Shown one piece after another: positions 9,026-18,448 of a stretch of 64,000 bases of DNA (positions are counted from its first letter, which is position 1; every line of letters starts with the position of its first letter). The DNA lies in IMG/VR virus record IMGVR_UViG_3300028920_000028. One strand, 5' to 3'. Source of the DNA: an uncultured virus (IMG/VR IMGVR_UViG_3300028920_000028) (lineage: Duplodnaviria > Heunggongvirae > Uroviricota > Caudoviricetes). A program made the translations under genes and the position numbers. The notes beneath the pieces were generated by a model that searched no databases, was not told the origin of the DNA, and saw only the letters and a program-made list of their open reading frames with translations.

Positions 9026-9283
9026 ATGCCTTCCAGGTTCAACTCCATAGCGGCGCGCGCCAGGCGCGCCGTTTGGCGTAGTCTTGCAATACCGTATGAA
9101 AGGTTCGGTGCGGATCCTATACAAAAGGCGTCCGATAACGTGTATCAGAACGGGCGCCTGTATGTGCCTGATGTCGATAGTCAAGGGGGTGTCCGCGCAG
9201 AAACTCTCGGCATTCGTTTCTCTGTAAGGCCCAAGAGGGTGGACGGAGATTCTCAAGCCGAGCTGAAGATCCCTCATACATGA
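9026..9283 (+). CDS. small hypothetical protein
   Basis: ORF fills the gap and overlaps the next start. Confidence 0.4.
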   Translation: MPSRFNSIAARARRAVWRSLAIPYERFGADPIQKASDNVYQNGRLYVPDVDSQGGVRAETLGIRFSVRPKRVDGDSQAELKIPHT

Positions 9284-9519
9284 GTGACCGCGACCCCACG
9301 ACAATCGGCGAAAAGGTGCGCGATGCGGCGCACCGCCATTTCGGACAGGCTTTCGACGGCTTCATGGGGCGCCGCGTGGTGCCTTGGGGGAAGATACAGG
9401 ATCTGTGCCAAGGTTCGGACGGTGCCCTGCAGCCTTGGGGCCGGACGATGAGCAGCATCAGGGCCTATCGGGAGATAGACAGGGTGTCGACCGACGTCGT
9501 TTCCCTTTGGAAGTTCTGA
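9280..9519 (+). CDS. small hypothetical protein
   Basis: ATGA overlap. Confidence 0.45.
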   Translation: MSDRDPTTIGEKVRDAAHRHFGQAFDGFMGRRVVPWGKIQDLCQGSDGALQPWGRTMSSIRAYREIDRVSTDVVSLWKF

Positions 9520-9527
9520 GATTCGGC

Positions 9528-9556
9528 TCAACAAACGTTCGACTAGAAAGTATATT
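9528..9556 (+). promoter_or_regulatory. GTATATT-family promoter
   Basis: TCAACA-N17-TATATT; ACAAACG...AAAGTATATT shared with the 7.5 kb copy. Confidence 0.6.
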
Positions 9557-9589
9557 GATTACGAGACGTTCAGCCGAGGGGACGGAAGC

Positions 9590-10201
9590 GTGGGAGAGAA
9601 AAAGGTGCTGCGGACAGTCGGGGCGAACGAGCCGTGCCCGTGCGGGAGCGGCAAGCTCCACATCGACTGCTGCCTCGACGGCCCGAACAGATGGGTGGTA
9701 GACGGGAATGGAAATATCATCCAGCTCAAGACCCTTCAAAAATCCGAACCCTCCGGGGAGGATGTAGACGTCGAGGAGATTCCGCTCCTGCGGCTCACCG
9801 TCGAGCACGGGAAACTCAGCTACACGAAAAGCGTCAGCATGAGCGCCATCGCCGGATTCCCGGCGGACATGATACGCCTCATGATATCCTCCATAGAGGT
9901 CGAGAAGCAGCAGGTGTGCATGGAGGCCTTCGGCACGTTCCTCGAGCGCAGCGAGATGCTGGGGGACGAGGAGGCCGACAGGGATACGCTGGGCGACGGC
10001 GTCTACGACCTTCTCATCGTGGCCGTGGACGGCGACGGCAACCCGCTGGGGCTTGGCGGCAGGAGGGTGTCGGAGAGCCTGTCGGAGGACTCTATGCTGG
10101 GCCTCATAGGCGCCATGGAGGAGATAAAGATCGATCTCACCCTCTGCCTGACCATGAACTGCATCATGAACGGCATGATGGGCACTGTGGACAACCTATA
10201 G
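9590..10201 (+). CDS. SEC-C motif protein
   Basis: VGANEPCPCGSGKLHIDCC. Confidence 0.8.
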   Translation: MGEKKVLRTVGANEPCPCGSGKLHIDCCLDGPNRWVVDGNGNIIQLKTLQKSEPSGEDVDVEEIPLLRLTVEHGKLSYTKSVSMSAIAGFPADMIRLMISSIEVEKQQVCMEAFGTFLERSEMLGDEEADRDTLGDGVYDLLIVAVDGDGNPLGLGGRRVSESLSEDSMLGLIGAMEEIKIDLTLCLTMNCIMNGMMGTVDNL

Positions 10202-10222
10202 ATTCGAGAGGGAGCAAACGCC

Positions 10223-11302
10223 ATGTCTCGGGAGTCACAGGATTTTCTCCTCAATATGCTAAGAACTCCCAGCCCCTCCGGGTTTGAAAGCAGAGTCCAG
10301 GAGTTGTGGCGAGACTACGTCACCCCAATGGCCTCCTCCTACGGGTGCGACCCCATGGGCAACATGTGGGGCAAACTGATCTCCTCCGGCGAGCAGGGCC
10401 CGAAGGTCATGGTGGTCGGCCATTGCGACGAGATAGGCTTGATGGTGACCAACGTGACGGGCCGCGGGTTCCTGCACGTCGATGGCATCGGCGGGATCGA
10501 CCCCGGGGTCATAGTCGGCTCGCAGATATCATTCGTGCACTCCGGCGCCGTGGGGGTGGTGGGCAGACGCCCCGTGCACCTCGTGGACACGGACGAGGCG
10601 GCCGAGGAGAAGAAAATCCTGAAGGCGAAGGACCTGTATGTGGATGTCGGCGCCGCCGGGCGCGACGAGGCCGAGGACATAGCCCCCGTCGGCAGCGCCG
10701 CGGTGTCCTCCGTCGACCCGAGGAGGATGGGCAGCGGCGGCAAGTTCCTGACTGGGAGGGGCCTCGACAACAGGCTCGGCTCCTACGTCGCCGCGGAGGT
10801 GCTCCACACCTGCAGGAAGGGCCGGGACTCGGGGCGCCCGCTTCACAGCACCCTCATATCCCTGTCGTCCGTCCAGGAGGAACTCGGCTTCCACGGGGCC
10901 AAGGTGGCCGCCGACAGGCTCGCGCCACACGCGGCCATCGTGGTCGACGCCACGTTCGCCACCGACACGCCCGACGAACAGGACAAGAAGGTGGCGGGGG
11001 ACGTGGCGCTCGGCAGGGGTCCCGTCGTGAACATCGGGGCCAGGGTGAACAAGAGGCTTTCCAAGCTGCTCGTGGAGATGGACACCCCGCACCAGGTGCA
11101 GGCCGTCCCCGGGAACACCGGCACGGACGCCGACGTCGTGACCCTTTCCAACTGCGGCATACCGACCGCCGTGCTGTCCATACCGCTGCGGTACATGCAC
11201 ACCCCCGTGGAAACCTGCTGCCCCGGGGACGTCGAGGCGGCCATCAAGATGATCTCCGAGCTTGTGTTCATGATCGGCGACGAACCTTCGGTCGTCCTGT
11301 AG
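10223..11302 (+). CDS. M42 family metallo-aminopeptidase
   Basis: PSPSGFE, GHCDEIG, LDNR, QEELG, GTDAD, RYMHTPVE motifs. Confidence 0.92.
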   Translation: MSRESQDFLLNMLRTPSPSGFESRVQELWRDYVTPMASSYGCDPMGNMWGKLISSGEQGPKVMVVGHCDEIGLMVTNVTGRGFLHVDGIGGIDPGVIVGSQISFVHSGAVGVVGRRPVHLVDTDEAAEEKKILKAKDLYVDVGAAGRDEAEDIAPVGSAAVSSVDPRRMGSGGKFLTGRGLDNRLGSYVAAEVLHTCRKGRDSGRPLHSTLISLSSVQEELGFHGAKVAADRLAPHAAIVVDATFATDTPDEQDKKVAGDVALGRGPVVNIGARVNKRLSKLLVEMDTPHQVQAVPGNTGTDADVVTLSNCGIPTAVLSIPLRYMHTPVETCCPGDVEAAIKMISELVFMIGDEPSVVL

Positions 11303-11370
11303 CGAAACGCCGCGTGTCTCCTCATGAGACGCCAGCGGCGTCGGGCCGCCCGCTGCGCTCCGCAGGGGCG

Positions 11371-11387
11371 TTGGCACGCATTTTGAT
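11371..11387 (+). promoter_or_regulatory. sigma54-type (-24/-12) promoter
   Basis: TTGGCACG-CATT-TTGAT; GG-N10-GA versus consensus GG-N10-GC; upstream of hsp20. Confidence 0.6.
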
Positions 11388-11430
11388 TCACCTCCCTGCG
11401 TCAGGCGAAACGCAACCAAGGGGGGTGCAC

Positions 11431-11856
11431 ATGAACTCACTCATGCTGAGGACGCCGACGTTCGGGGGACTGTTCAAGGATCTGGAGAGGGAGATCGAGT
11501 CCGTCATGGGGTCGCCGTGGGGGGAGCCGCCCGCCGGCTACCGCGCGCCGGTGGATGTCACCGAGGACGACTCGGGCTACACGCTCGCCTTCGACGTGCC
11601 GGGCGTCGACAGGAAGGACATCGGCATCGAGGTCAAGGACGGCACGCTCACGGTCACCGGGCAGAGGAAGTCCGAAAACGAGGCCAGGGACGGCTCGTAC
11701 GCCTACTGCGAGCGGGCGCACGGTTCGTTCTCGAGGTCGTTCCGGCTGCCCGAGAACGCCAAGGACGAGGTCACGGCCAAGCTGGAGGGCGGCGTCCTCG
11801 AGGTGAGGGTCGCCAAGGCGCCGGAGGCCAAGGCCCGGCGCATAGAGGTCAAGTAG
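11431..11856 (+). CDS. Hsp20/alpha-crystallin small heat-shock protein
   Basis: PVDVTE, DVPGVDRKDI, ERAHGSFSRSFRLP, A.LEGGVLEV. Confidence 0.95.
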   Translation: MNSLMLRTPTFGGLFKDLEREIESVMGSPWGEPPAGYRAPVDVTEDDSGYTLAFDVPGVDRKDIGIEVKDGTLTVTGQRKSENEARDGSYAYCERAHGSFSRSFRLPENAKDEVTAKLEGGVLEVRVAKAPEAKARRIEVK

Positions 11857-11880
11857 CCGCGGCGCCCATCGAGGCACAGG

Positions 11881-11909
11881 GGCCCCCGGGGAAATCCGGG
11901 GGCCTTTTT
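11881..11909 (+). terminator. rho-independent terminator
   Basis: GGCCCCCGG-loop-CCGGGGGCC followed by TTTTT. Confidence 0.9.
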
Positions 11910-11911
11910 CG

Positions 11912-11940
11912 TTTACACCGTCGAGTGAAAATAGTATATT
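11912..11940 (+). promoter_or_regulatory. GTATATT-family promoter
   Basis: TTTACA-N17-TATATT with TGAAAATAG, directly after the terminator. Confidence 0.75.
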
Positions 11941-12066
11941 GGGTTCGTACCCCGATCGACGGAGGAAACATGCCGGCAGATCCCACGCCCATCGCCGTCT
12001 TTCCCCGGCTCAAGAACGATTGGAACACGGCGAGGGAGAACGTGCGGCGAAAGGCGGCCGTCCGGG

Positions 12067-12381
12067 ATGCCTAGACGCAGGGTGGACAGGACCGGCGAAA
12101 CCCACGGGAGGCTGACCGTCATCGAGGACTCCGACACGGGCAAGAACCCCAAGATCCGCTGCCGCTGCGCCTGCGGGAGAGTGGTCACGGTGCTGAAGCA
12201 CAACGTCCTCAGGGGCAACACCACCAGCTGCGGGTGCGCCAGGTCGGAGGCCGTGAGGAAGCGCATGACGGGCCGGGGCAGGACCAGGCCGGCCACAAAG
12301 GAGGACGTGCCGTCCCTGCGTGAGGCGTTGCGGGGGGATTTCGACCCCATGTATTGGGACGACGGCAGCACGCCATGGTGA
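12067..12381 (+). CDS. homing-endonuclease-associated Cys domain (no nuclease domain)
   Basis: DRTGETHGRLTV...CRCACG...LRGNTTSCGC, the N-terminal module of AP2/HNH phage proteins. Confidence 0.7.
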   Translation: MPRRRVDRTGETHGRLTVIEDSDTGKNPKIRCRCACGRVVTVLKHNVLRGNTTSCGCARSEAVRKRMTGRGRTRPATKEDVPSLREALRGDFDPMYWDDGSTPW

Positions 12382-12680
12382 GGAGGAAGCCGAAGGACGA
12401 CAGACCATGCCCCCGCGGATACCGCAGACTGGTGGTCGGCGGCGCCGAGTGGCATTGGAAGCTCGGACGCAGATACGTCAACGCCATGTGCGAGGACGGC
12501 CGCAAGATCCGATCAGAACTGCACGAGGTGCTGGACCTGTCGGAGGGCGAGTGGCTCAAGATGTACAGGAAACGACAGGAAATGATAGACGATCTAGCCG
12601 CTCATGGGCCACCCCATCGTAATGAACTCCTGGAGCTGACCCCGGCGAAAGTGGCAAAGTGGATAAGCAAGATCGCGTAA
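12375..12680 (+). CDS. hypothetical protein
   Basis: Coupled ORF. Confidence 0.55.
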   Translation: MVRRKPKDDRPCPRGYRRLVVGGAEWHWKLGRRYVNAMCEDGRKIRSELHEVLDLSEGEWLKMYRKRQEMIDDLAAHGPPHRNELLELTPAKVAKWISKIA

Positions 12681-12892
12681 AGGCTTTCACCTTGAGTTCT
12701 AAGATTGAATTGCATTTTCGCGGCGCTCTGCGACGTGTGATGCATGCGAAAATGGATGACACGCTCTACAGGCTTGGAATTCGCGAGGCCATTGAACAGA
12801 GGACCAAGTCTCGAGTTGCCTTCAACGGATGGTTTCGATGCCTGCACAAGGCGTTGGGGGACTCTGCGGCGAGGGGTGCAAGGAATGCCTGA
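12659..12892 (+). CDS. small hypothetical protein
   Basis: Fills the gap; start uncertain. Confidence 0.4.
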   Translation: MDKQDRVKAFTLSSKIELHFRGALRRVMHAKMDDTLYRLGIREAIEQRTKSRVAFNGWFRCLHKALGDSAARGARNA

Positions 12893-13430
12893 ACTCGAGT
12901 ACAGCGTGTCCAAACGGATGATCCCGGCGAAGATCGGGGGTCGTTCCCTTGTGGCCATAGGCGGCGAGCCGCCCTTCAAGTTCGGGAACTACTTCGACTT
13001 CAACTGCGGGGGCGACACCCTGCAGGAGGTCATGAGCCTGTCCGTGCGGTGCGTCAACATGTGGGCCGAGAACCTCGAGGAATGGGCGAAGCGCAACAAG
13101 GCCGGGGAAATCGAGTGTGTCGTAGTCTCCACCGGGGAGGGTTCCTTAGGAGCGGTCGTGGATCCCCGGGTCGGAGAGGAGTGGTACATACACAAAGACA
13201 ACGGCGGGCGCGACATATGCCTCACTGGGGCCGGGCACGTCCCGCGCGCGCTCATAGAGGAACTTGCGAGGCACTCGAAGGCTGATGCGGCCCCCTTCAT
13301 CTGCGGGTGCGAGGATCCCGACCAGCCGCCGGGCATCATCTCAACGTACGCCTTCCAGGAAAGTTCGAAGGGATGCAAGATGCACGCGCGCTGCCGACAC
13401 TGCGGCCGGGAGTGGGACCACAATGGCTGA
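12885..13430 (+). CDS. hypothetical protein with C-terminal Zn ribbon
   Basis: CGC...CRHCG; overlaps neighbours. Confidence 0.65.
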   Translation: MPELEYSVSKRMIPAKIGGRSLVAIGGEPPFKFGNYFDFNCGGDTLQEVMSLSVRCVNMWAENLEEWAKRNKAGEIECVVVSTGEGSLGAVVDPRVGEEWYIHKDNGGRDICLTGAGHVPRALIEELARHSKADAAPFICGCEDPDQPPGIISTYAFQESSKGCKMHARCRHCGREWDHNG

Positions 13431-14235
13431 TGACAGGGTGATACCCGTGAACGACCACGACAGGTACACACATGCCATGGAGAAATCCATGATGGACAAA
13501 CTGTACTTCATGGACAAGGTGGACGCCGTGTCCTTCTTCGACTACGGGTGCGCTGACGGCGCATTGCTGCACGCCGCACAGGGGCTGTTCCCGGATCATG
13601 CCTACTTCGGGTTCGACGAAGATCTGCGGATGGTGGAGAGGTGCAAGCACAGGGCCACCGTGAGGCTGGAGGAGTTTCAGAAGTGGGTGTCGGAAGCCGA
13701 GGGCCCGAGGTGTCTGATCCTGTCCAGTGTGGTGCATGAGCTGTATTCCTATCGCAGGGAGTGGGTGCCGCGGTTTTGGAAGTGGGCCTTCGAAGGGGGC
13801 GTGTCTAACGTCGCCGGCCGCAATCCTCGCGATTGGGGGTTCGACTACATCGCCCTCCGGGACATGTGCGTGTCCAGGACGACGAGCCGGCCGTCCGACC
13901 CGATCAGCGTGGCCAAGGTGCGCATGCGCTACGACCGGGAGAGGCTGTCGCAGTGGGAGGCGCGCTGGGGGTCGCTCGACGAGAACTGGTCGCTGACGCA
14001 CTTCCTGCTGACATACCGCTACACGGAGGGATGGGAGAGGGAGGTGCGCGAGAACTACCTCCCGATTCCCCTCGAGGAACTGCTTTCCCTTGTGCCGGAG
14101 CAGTGGGAGCCTCGGTACATCGAGCACTTCACCCTGCCGTACGTGAGGGGGTGCGTGCGCAGGGATTTCGGGATAGATCTGCAGGACAGGACGCATTTGA
14201 AGCTCATATTGGCGAGGACAGGGAGGTCAGAGTGA
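13423..14235 (+). CDS. class I SAM-dependent methyltransferase
   Basis: FDYGCADG motif I; LSSVVHELYSY; IALRD. Confidence 0.8.
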   Translation: MADDRVIPVNDHDRYTHAMEKSMMDKLYFMDKVDAVSFFDYGCADGALLHAAQGLFPDHAYFGFDEDLRMVERCKHRATVRLEEFQKWVSEAEGPRCLILSSVVHELYSYRREWVPRFWKWAFEGGVSNVAGRNPRDWGFDYIALRDMCVSRTTSRPSDPISVAKVRMRYDRERLSQWEARWGSLDENWSLTHFLLTYRYTEGWEREVRENYLPIPLEELLSLVPEQWEPRYIEHFTLPYVRGCVRRDFGIDLQDRTHLKLILARTGRSE

Positions 14236-14585
14236 CGGAATCCGACAACCGCAACCGGCTCCAAGACAAGGTTGAGGTCGAGGTCAAGAAGGTCAGCCCG
14301 CAGCCGGGCGACTTGGTCGTCGTGTGCGCGGAGTCGGCTTCGGCCGCGGACATCGACTCGCTGACCAAGCTGCTGGGCGACATGCCGTTCCGCACCATCG
14401 TCTGCAACTTCCCGGTCAAATTGGAGAAGGCGGACGCCAACGGCGTGCTGAAGGTCGTGGTGGAGGGTCCCGGCGACCTGTTCGCGGAGGAGGATGTCGA
14501 GGAGGTCGCCGCCACATTCAAACAGACCCTGGAGTCGCCCCTCGAGGGGGATTCCGGCGCCGGGGAAGAAGGGAGCGCCCAATGA
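14232..14585 (+). CDS. hypothetical protein
   Basis: GTGA overlap; RBS GGAGG. Confidence 0.65.
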   Translation: MTESDNRNRLQDKVEVEVKKVSPQPGDLVVVCAESASAADIDSLTKLLGDMPFRTIVCNFPVKLEKADANGVLKVVVEGPGDLFAEEDVEEVAATFKQTLESPLEGDSGAGEEGSAQ

Positions 14586-15280
14586 GCGCCGAGGAAGGAA
14601 AAGCCCTTGTGCTGAAGGCGGAGGGCGCACCCACGATGCCTCCGATCGCCATGCTGTGGGTGTGGGACAAGGAGTCGCGGGAGGAGTTCTACGCCGAGGC
14701 GATGCAGGCGCACAACGGCAGGACGATATTCACCGGCGTGCGCAAGAAGGCGGTCCTCGAATGCAAGGCGAAAAGGATCCCGATGCTGCGAAAATCCGAA
14801 CTCCCATCCATGTCAAACGGGGCCATGTCGCTCTTCACGTTCCCCGTCAACAGCGTGAGCACGGAGTACCATCATAAGCGCCCGCTTCGCGTCATGAATT
14901 CGGATCACATCGGCGACGTTGTTGGGGTATCCTCCCTGGATGACCTCAAGACCTGGGCCGTGACGTCGAGGGAGGACGCCGCGAGGCAGAACGACGACAA
15001 GATCGAGAGGGTCATCAAGGAAACCAAGGAGACGAACGCCAGACTCTTCGCCGGCGTGGTCTCGAGGCTCGTCTACCATCGAATGCGCAAAGAGTTCAAA
15101 GAAAGGCCGTTCTACAAGAAGTGGTTCGGCGCCAAGGGCAAGCTAGAGCGGGACATGGAGAGGTGCGTGGCGGAGAAGGATTCCTTCTTTATGGAATGCG
15201 CCGCCGAGGTGTTCCGCGCCGAGGGCGACGTCGAGTACGACATGGAAATCCTTGAGAAGGAAGTAGGGTTCCTGCCATGA
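14582..15280 (+). CDS. hypothetical protein
   Basis: ATGA overlap. Confidence 0.7.
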   Translation: MSAEEGKALVLKAEGAPTMPPIAMLWVWDKESREEFYAEAMQAHNGRTIFTGVRKKAVLECKAKRIPMLRKSELPSMSNGAMSLFTFPVNSVSTEYHHKRPLRVMNSDHIGDVVGVSSLDDLKTWAVTSREDAARQNDDKIERVIKETKETNARLFAGVVSRLVYHRMRKEFKERPFYKKWFGAKGKLERDMERCVAEKDSFFMECAAEVFRAEGDVEYDMEILEKEVGFLP

Positions 15281-15645
15281 TCGACACGTTCGTTGTTCCC
15301 CGTGCGGGCCTGGAGGAGATCCGGAAGATGCTGGTGGAGATCTCGATCGGCAGAGTCCAGGAGTCCCACATGATGATGCGGGTGCACGTCTACACGGTCG
15401 TCGCGACGTGCATCCTGGTGGTGCTGTGCATGTACTTCCCCACCAACGACGACCACCGAGTGCCGGCCATCGCCCTGTGGGCCATGGGGGCCGTCTCCGT
15501 GGCCTACGCCGCTACGGCGAGATGGCTGTACAAGAGGGAGGTCAAGCGTGCGGTCGAGTGGACGAACGAGGATTTCGATCGTCGAATCTACGAAGCCCAA
15601 GTGAATTCGGAGATAGAACTGCTCACTCGGACAGAAGGAGGGTAA
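15277..15645 (+). CDS. two-TM membrane protein
   Basis: Two hydrophobic helices. Confidence 0.65.
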   Translation: MIDTFVVPRAGLEEIRKMLVEISIGRVQESHMMMRVHVYTVVATCILVVLCMYFPTNDDHRVPAIALWAMGAVSVAYAATARWLYKREVKRAVEWTNEDFDRRIYEAQVNSEIELLTRTEGG

Positions 15646-15647
15646 GG

Positions 15648-16160
15648 ATGATCTATTTCATGCTGGCCGTTTTACTTGCTTTGTTCGGGGTCAACTGCGT
15701 CTACCGCCAGATAAAGGAAAGTCGAAAGAACCCGGGCAATGACGGTAGCTGGATCGTCGCCGCATTCTTCTGCTTCCTTGCAGCCATTTTGGTTTCCTTC
15801 CTCACAATGACCAGCTTCGTCGGATGGCAGAAGAAGGCGAAGAAGTACGAGTTCTTGGACGCGTTCGTGAGCAACAAGCTCGCGAAGATCGAGATGATGA
15901 AGCAGAGCTACCGCGAGCTGGCGTACGAGCCGGAGATGAACATCGACCTCGTGAACAAGGATCTGACGTCCAGCATCGCCGGTGAGATACGTGACTTGGA
16001 GGAGTTCGTGAACGAATACAACGTCTGCCTCGCGGAATGGACGGTCAAGTACAGGTATCGGTTCTGGAACACATGCTTCGTGCCGCCCCCGCTGGACGCA
16101 CCCATAGAGTTGTCCAGGTGGGTCCAGCCCGCGCCAAGTCGCGAAGACAAGGGGCAGTAA
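15648..16160 (+). CDS. two-TM membrane protein with coiled-coil
   Basis: Two N-terminal TM segments; RBS GGAGG. Confidence 0.7.
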   Translation: MIYFMLAVLLALFGVNCVYRQIKESRKNPGNDGSWIVAAFFCFLAAILVSFLTMTSFVGWQKKAKKYEFLDAFVSNKLAKIEMMKQSYRELAYEPEMNIDLVNKDLTSSIAGEIRDLEEFVNEYNVCLAEWTVKYRYRFWNTCFVPPPLDAPIELSRWVQPAPSREDKGQ

Positions 16161-16162
16161 GA

Positions 16163-16741
16163 ATGGAGAGGTGGTTCACGTCCGACACCCACTTCTGCCA
16201 CGCCGCCATGCTGACGCTGCAGAAGCGCCCGTACGCGTCCACCGAGGAGATGGACGAGGATCTCATACGCCGCTGGAACGAGGTGGTGGGGCGCGGCGAC
16301 ATCGTGTACCACCTGGGGGACTTCGGGGTCAAGATGCCGGAGGGCCGGGCTCGCGAGATATTCCGGCGCCTCAACGGGGAGAAGTTCCTCATCATCGGCA
16401 ACCACGACCACAAGAACGCCGAGGTGCTCAAGCTTAAGTGGAGGTGGGCGGGACTGCGCAAGAACGTCACCGTCGACGGCCAGCGGATGGTGCTGGACCA
16501 TTACCCGCTGCAGGCGTGGGATCAAAGCATGAGAGGGTCGTGGAACCTGTACGGCCACGTGCACGGCTATCTCCCGGAGCACCGCACGTGCCTCAAGATG
16601 GACGTCGGGGTCGACGCCAAGCCCCACGGCGCCCCGCTGTACCGTCCCATCTCGTTCGGGGAGGTGCGGGAGGTGCTCGGCCAGAGGGAGTTCGTGCCCC
16701 CGGACAGGCGCGAGGTGTTCTACGAGGAGGACTTCTCATGA
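16163..16741 (+). CDS. calcineurin-like metallophosphoesterase
   Basis: SDTHFCH, HLGDF, GNHD, HYP, GHVH motifs. Confidence 0.92.
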   Translation: MERWFTSDTHFCHAAMLTLQKRPYASTEEMDEDLIRRWNEVVGRGDIVYHLGDFGVKMPEGRAREIFRRLNGEKFLIIGNHDHKNAEVLKLKWRWAGLRKNVTVDGQRMVLDHYPLQAWDQSMRGSWNLYGHVHGYLPEHRTCLKMDVGVDAKPHGAPLYRPISFGEVREVLGQREFVPPDRREVFYEEDFS

Positions 16742-17337
16742 CGGTGAGCTACGCCCACTGTCTCAGGAGCGACACGCCCGTCGGAATAGCCGACGGGAGC
16801 GCGGAGGGCATCGTGGTGGGCATCGCCTCCATGGGCTCGCCCTCCGTGGGCCACACCTACATCATCAGGCTCACCAAGAGGTACACCGAAACCTGGAGGA
16901 ACTACCCCTATGAGTGCGCCTGCGTCCCGAGAGGCATGCTCCATATAATCGGCACCGACAACCTCATCATCACGTACAAAGGCGAGGTGCAGTTCTACGA
17001 GGAGGGCGAGCGCGCTCCCAAGGTCTACGACGGGAGGGGGATAGAGAGGAGGCTGTTCGAGCCGTACCGGCTCATGTTCAGCTTCGCGGACGACGACGGG
17101 GTCGTATATGTATTCACCGTCGAGATGCACGACGGGGCGTGGGTCGGGAAGTACGGGGCGTACGAGGGGGAGGGGAACAAGCCCCTGTACTCCGGTCCGC
17201 TCATGCACGTGGTGGTCGAGGACCGGCAGGGTACGCTGATACTGAACGCCACCATCGACGAGGGCGGCCAGACGCAGCACATCACGCTGCGGGCCAAGTG
17301 CACCGGGGAGCGTTCCACCGAGGAGGAGGAGGGGTGA
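16738..17337 (+). CDS. hypothetical protein
   Basis: ATGA overlap. Confidence 0.65.
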   Translation: MTVSYAHCLRSDTPVGIADGSAEGIVVGIASMGSPSVGHTYIIRLTKRYTETWRNYPYECACVPRGMLHIIGTDNLIITYKGEVQFYEEGERAPKVYDGRGIERRLFEPYRLMFSFADDDGVVYVFTVEMHDGAWVGKYGAYEGEGNKPLYSGPLMHVVVEDRQGTLILNATIDEGGQTQHITLRAKCTGERSTEEEEG

Positions 17338-17338
17338 C

Positions 17339-17665
17339 ATGCACGAGGTTAACGGCAAGACCGGATTCGGATCGTCCCTTCGCAAGGCATGGGACGAGTT
17401 CTCGGCGGCCTTGTTCTCGGCGGCTTTGAAGGGGCCGGAGAAGCCAAGATGCGTCGTGTGCGGCGAACCCGCCACGGATTTCGTCCGAGAGCCTTCCTAC
17501 CCGTACCACCTTCGGTATTACTACCACGAGCAATGCGTCCGCAAGGCGCTCGCCGACCCCGAGTCGCACGGGCACAAGGCCGTCGATGCAGCCATAGTGG
17601 TGGGCGACCAGCTGGCGGCGCGGACTAAGAAGGCGCGGGAGCTGTCGAAGACATTGGATGGCTGA
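17339..17665 (+). CDS. hypothetical Zn-binding protein
   Basis: CVVC...HEQC. Confidence 0.6.
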   Translation: MHEVNGKTGFGSSLRKAWDEFSAALFSAALKGPEKPRCVVCGEPATDFVREPSYPYHLRYYYHEQCVRKALADPESHGHKAVDAAIVVGDQLAARTKKARELSKTLDG

Positions 17666-17712
17666 CATGCCGCGGGAGGAATCGACGAGGCGCGGGTTCA
17701 TGTGGAGGGAGG

Positions 17713-17874
17713 ATGGCGATGGATGATTGGATGCACTGCCCGAGGTGCGGGAAAAACGAGAAAGCCAAGGATGTGAAAGCCAAGGATTGGGACGGGACGC
17801 GCTGCCCGTCCTGCCTGTGCCTGTTCGTCCCCGGAAAGGCGCCGAAACTCCCGAAGGGGTTTAAGAGGCGGTAG
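17713..17874 (+). CDS. small Zn-ribbon protein (53 aa, not in ORF track)
   Basis: CPRC...CPSC; RBS GGAGG. Confidence 0.55.
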   Translation: MAMDDWMHCPRCGKNEKAKDVKAKDWDGTRCPSCLCLFVPGKAPKLPKGFKRR

Positions 17875-17907
17875 ACAAACCTTCCCCAAAGGGGAAAAGG
17901 AGGGTGT

Positions 17908-18438
17908 ATGAAGTGGGTGAAGCCGCTGGTGGTCATGTTCGCGCTGCTCATGGTCGTCGGGATACCGAGCCTCATGTTCGTGGGGGCCAGCAACTCCGAA
18001 ATCGAACTGCGCAACCAATGCAAGGCGCAGCAGGAGGCAAACAAGGTCGTCTTCGACAAGATGAGGAAAGTCGTGTTCCAGCAGGCGCAGGTGGCCTCGA
18101 AGTATGCGCAGGACTTCGAGGGGGTGTACACGAAGCTGATGAACGCCAGGTACGAGGGCAAGGATCCGCTCATGAACTGGATCACGGAGCACAACCCCGA
18201 GCTCGACCCCGGGCTGTACAAGAACCTCCAGACATCCATAGCGGCCCTTCGGGCGGAGTTCGCGAGCGTTCAAAGCAAGCTTTTGGACATCAAGAGGGAA
18301 CACGACGACCTTCGGATGCGCATACCGTCATGCTGGTTCGTGGGCGGCCGCGACTCCCTGGGGATCCAGATAGTGACATCGACGGACACCAAAGAAACCT
18401 TCGAGGCGGGCGTCGAGGACGACGCCGGCGTGTTCTAG
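17908..18438 (+). CDS. LemA-like membrane-anchored helical protein
   Basis: TM helix then NSEIELRNQ...QQAQV...LYKNLQ..I...R.EF; recalled as a widespread phage family. Confidence 0.6.
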   Translation: MKWVKPLVVMFALLMVVGIPSLMFVGASNSEIELRNQCKAQQEANKVVFDKMRKVVFQQAQVASKYAQDFEGVYTKLMNARYEGKDPLMNWITEHNPELDPGLYKNLQTSIAALRAEFASVQSKLLDIKREHDDLRMRIPSCWFVGGRDSLGIQIVTSTDTKETFEAGVEDDAGVF

Positions 18439-18448
18439 CGGGGGAAAC

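Noticed and set aside
17882..17896. TTCCCC-AAA-GGGGAA hairpin as a terminator
   Set aside because: Short stem with no U-tract, adjacent to the next RBS
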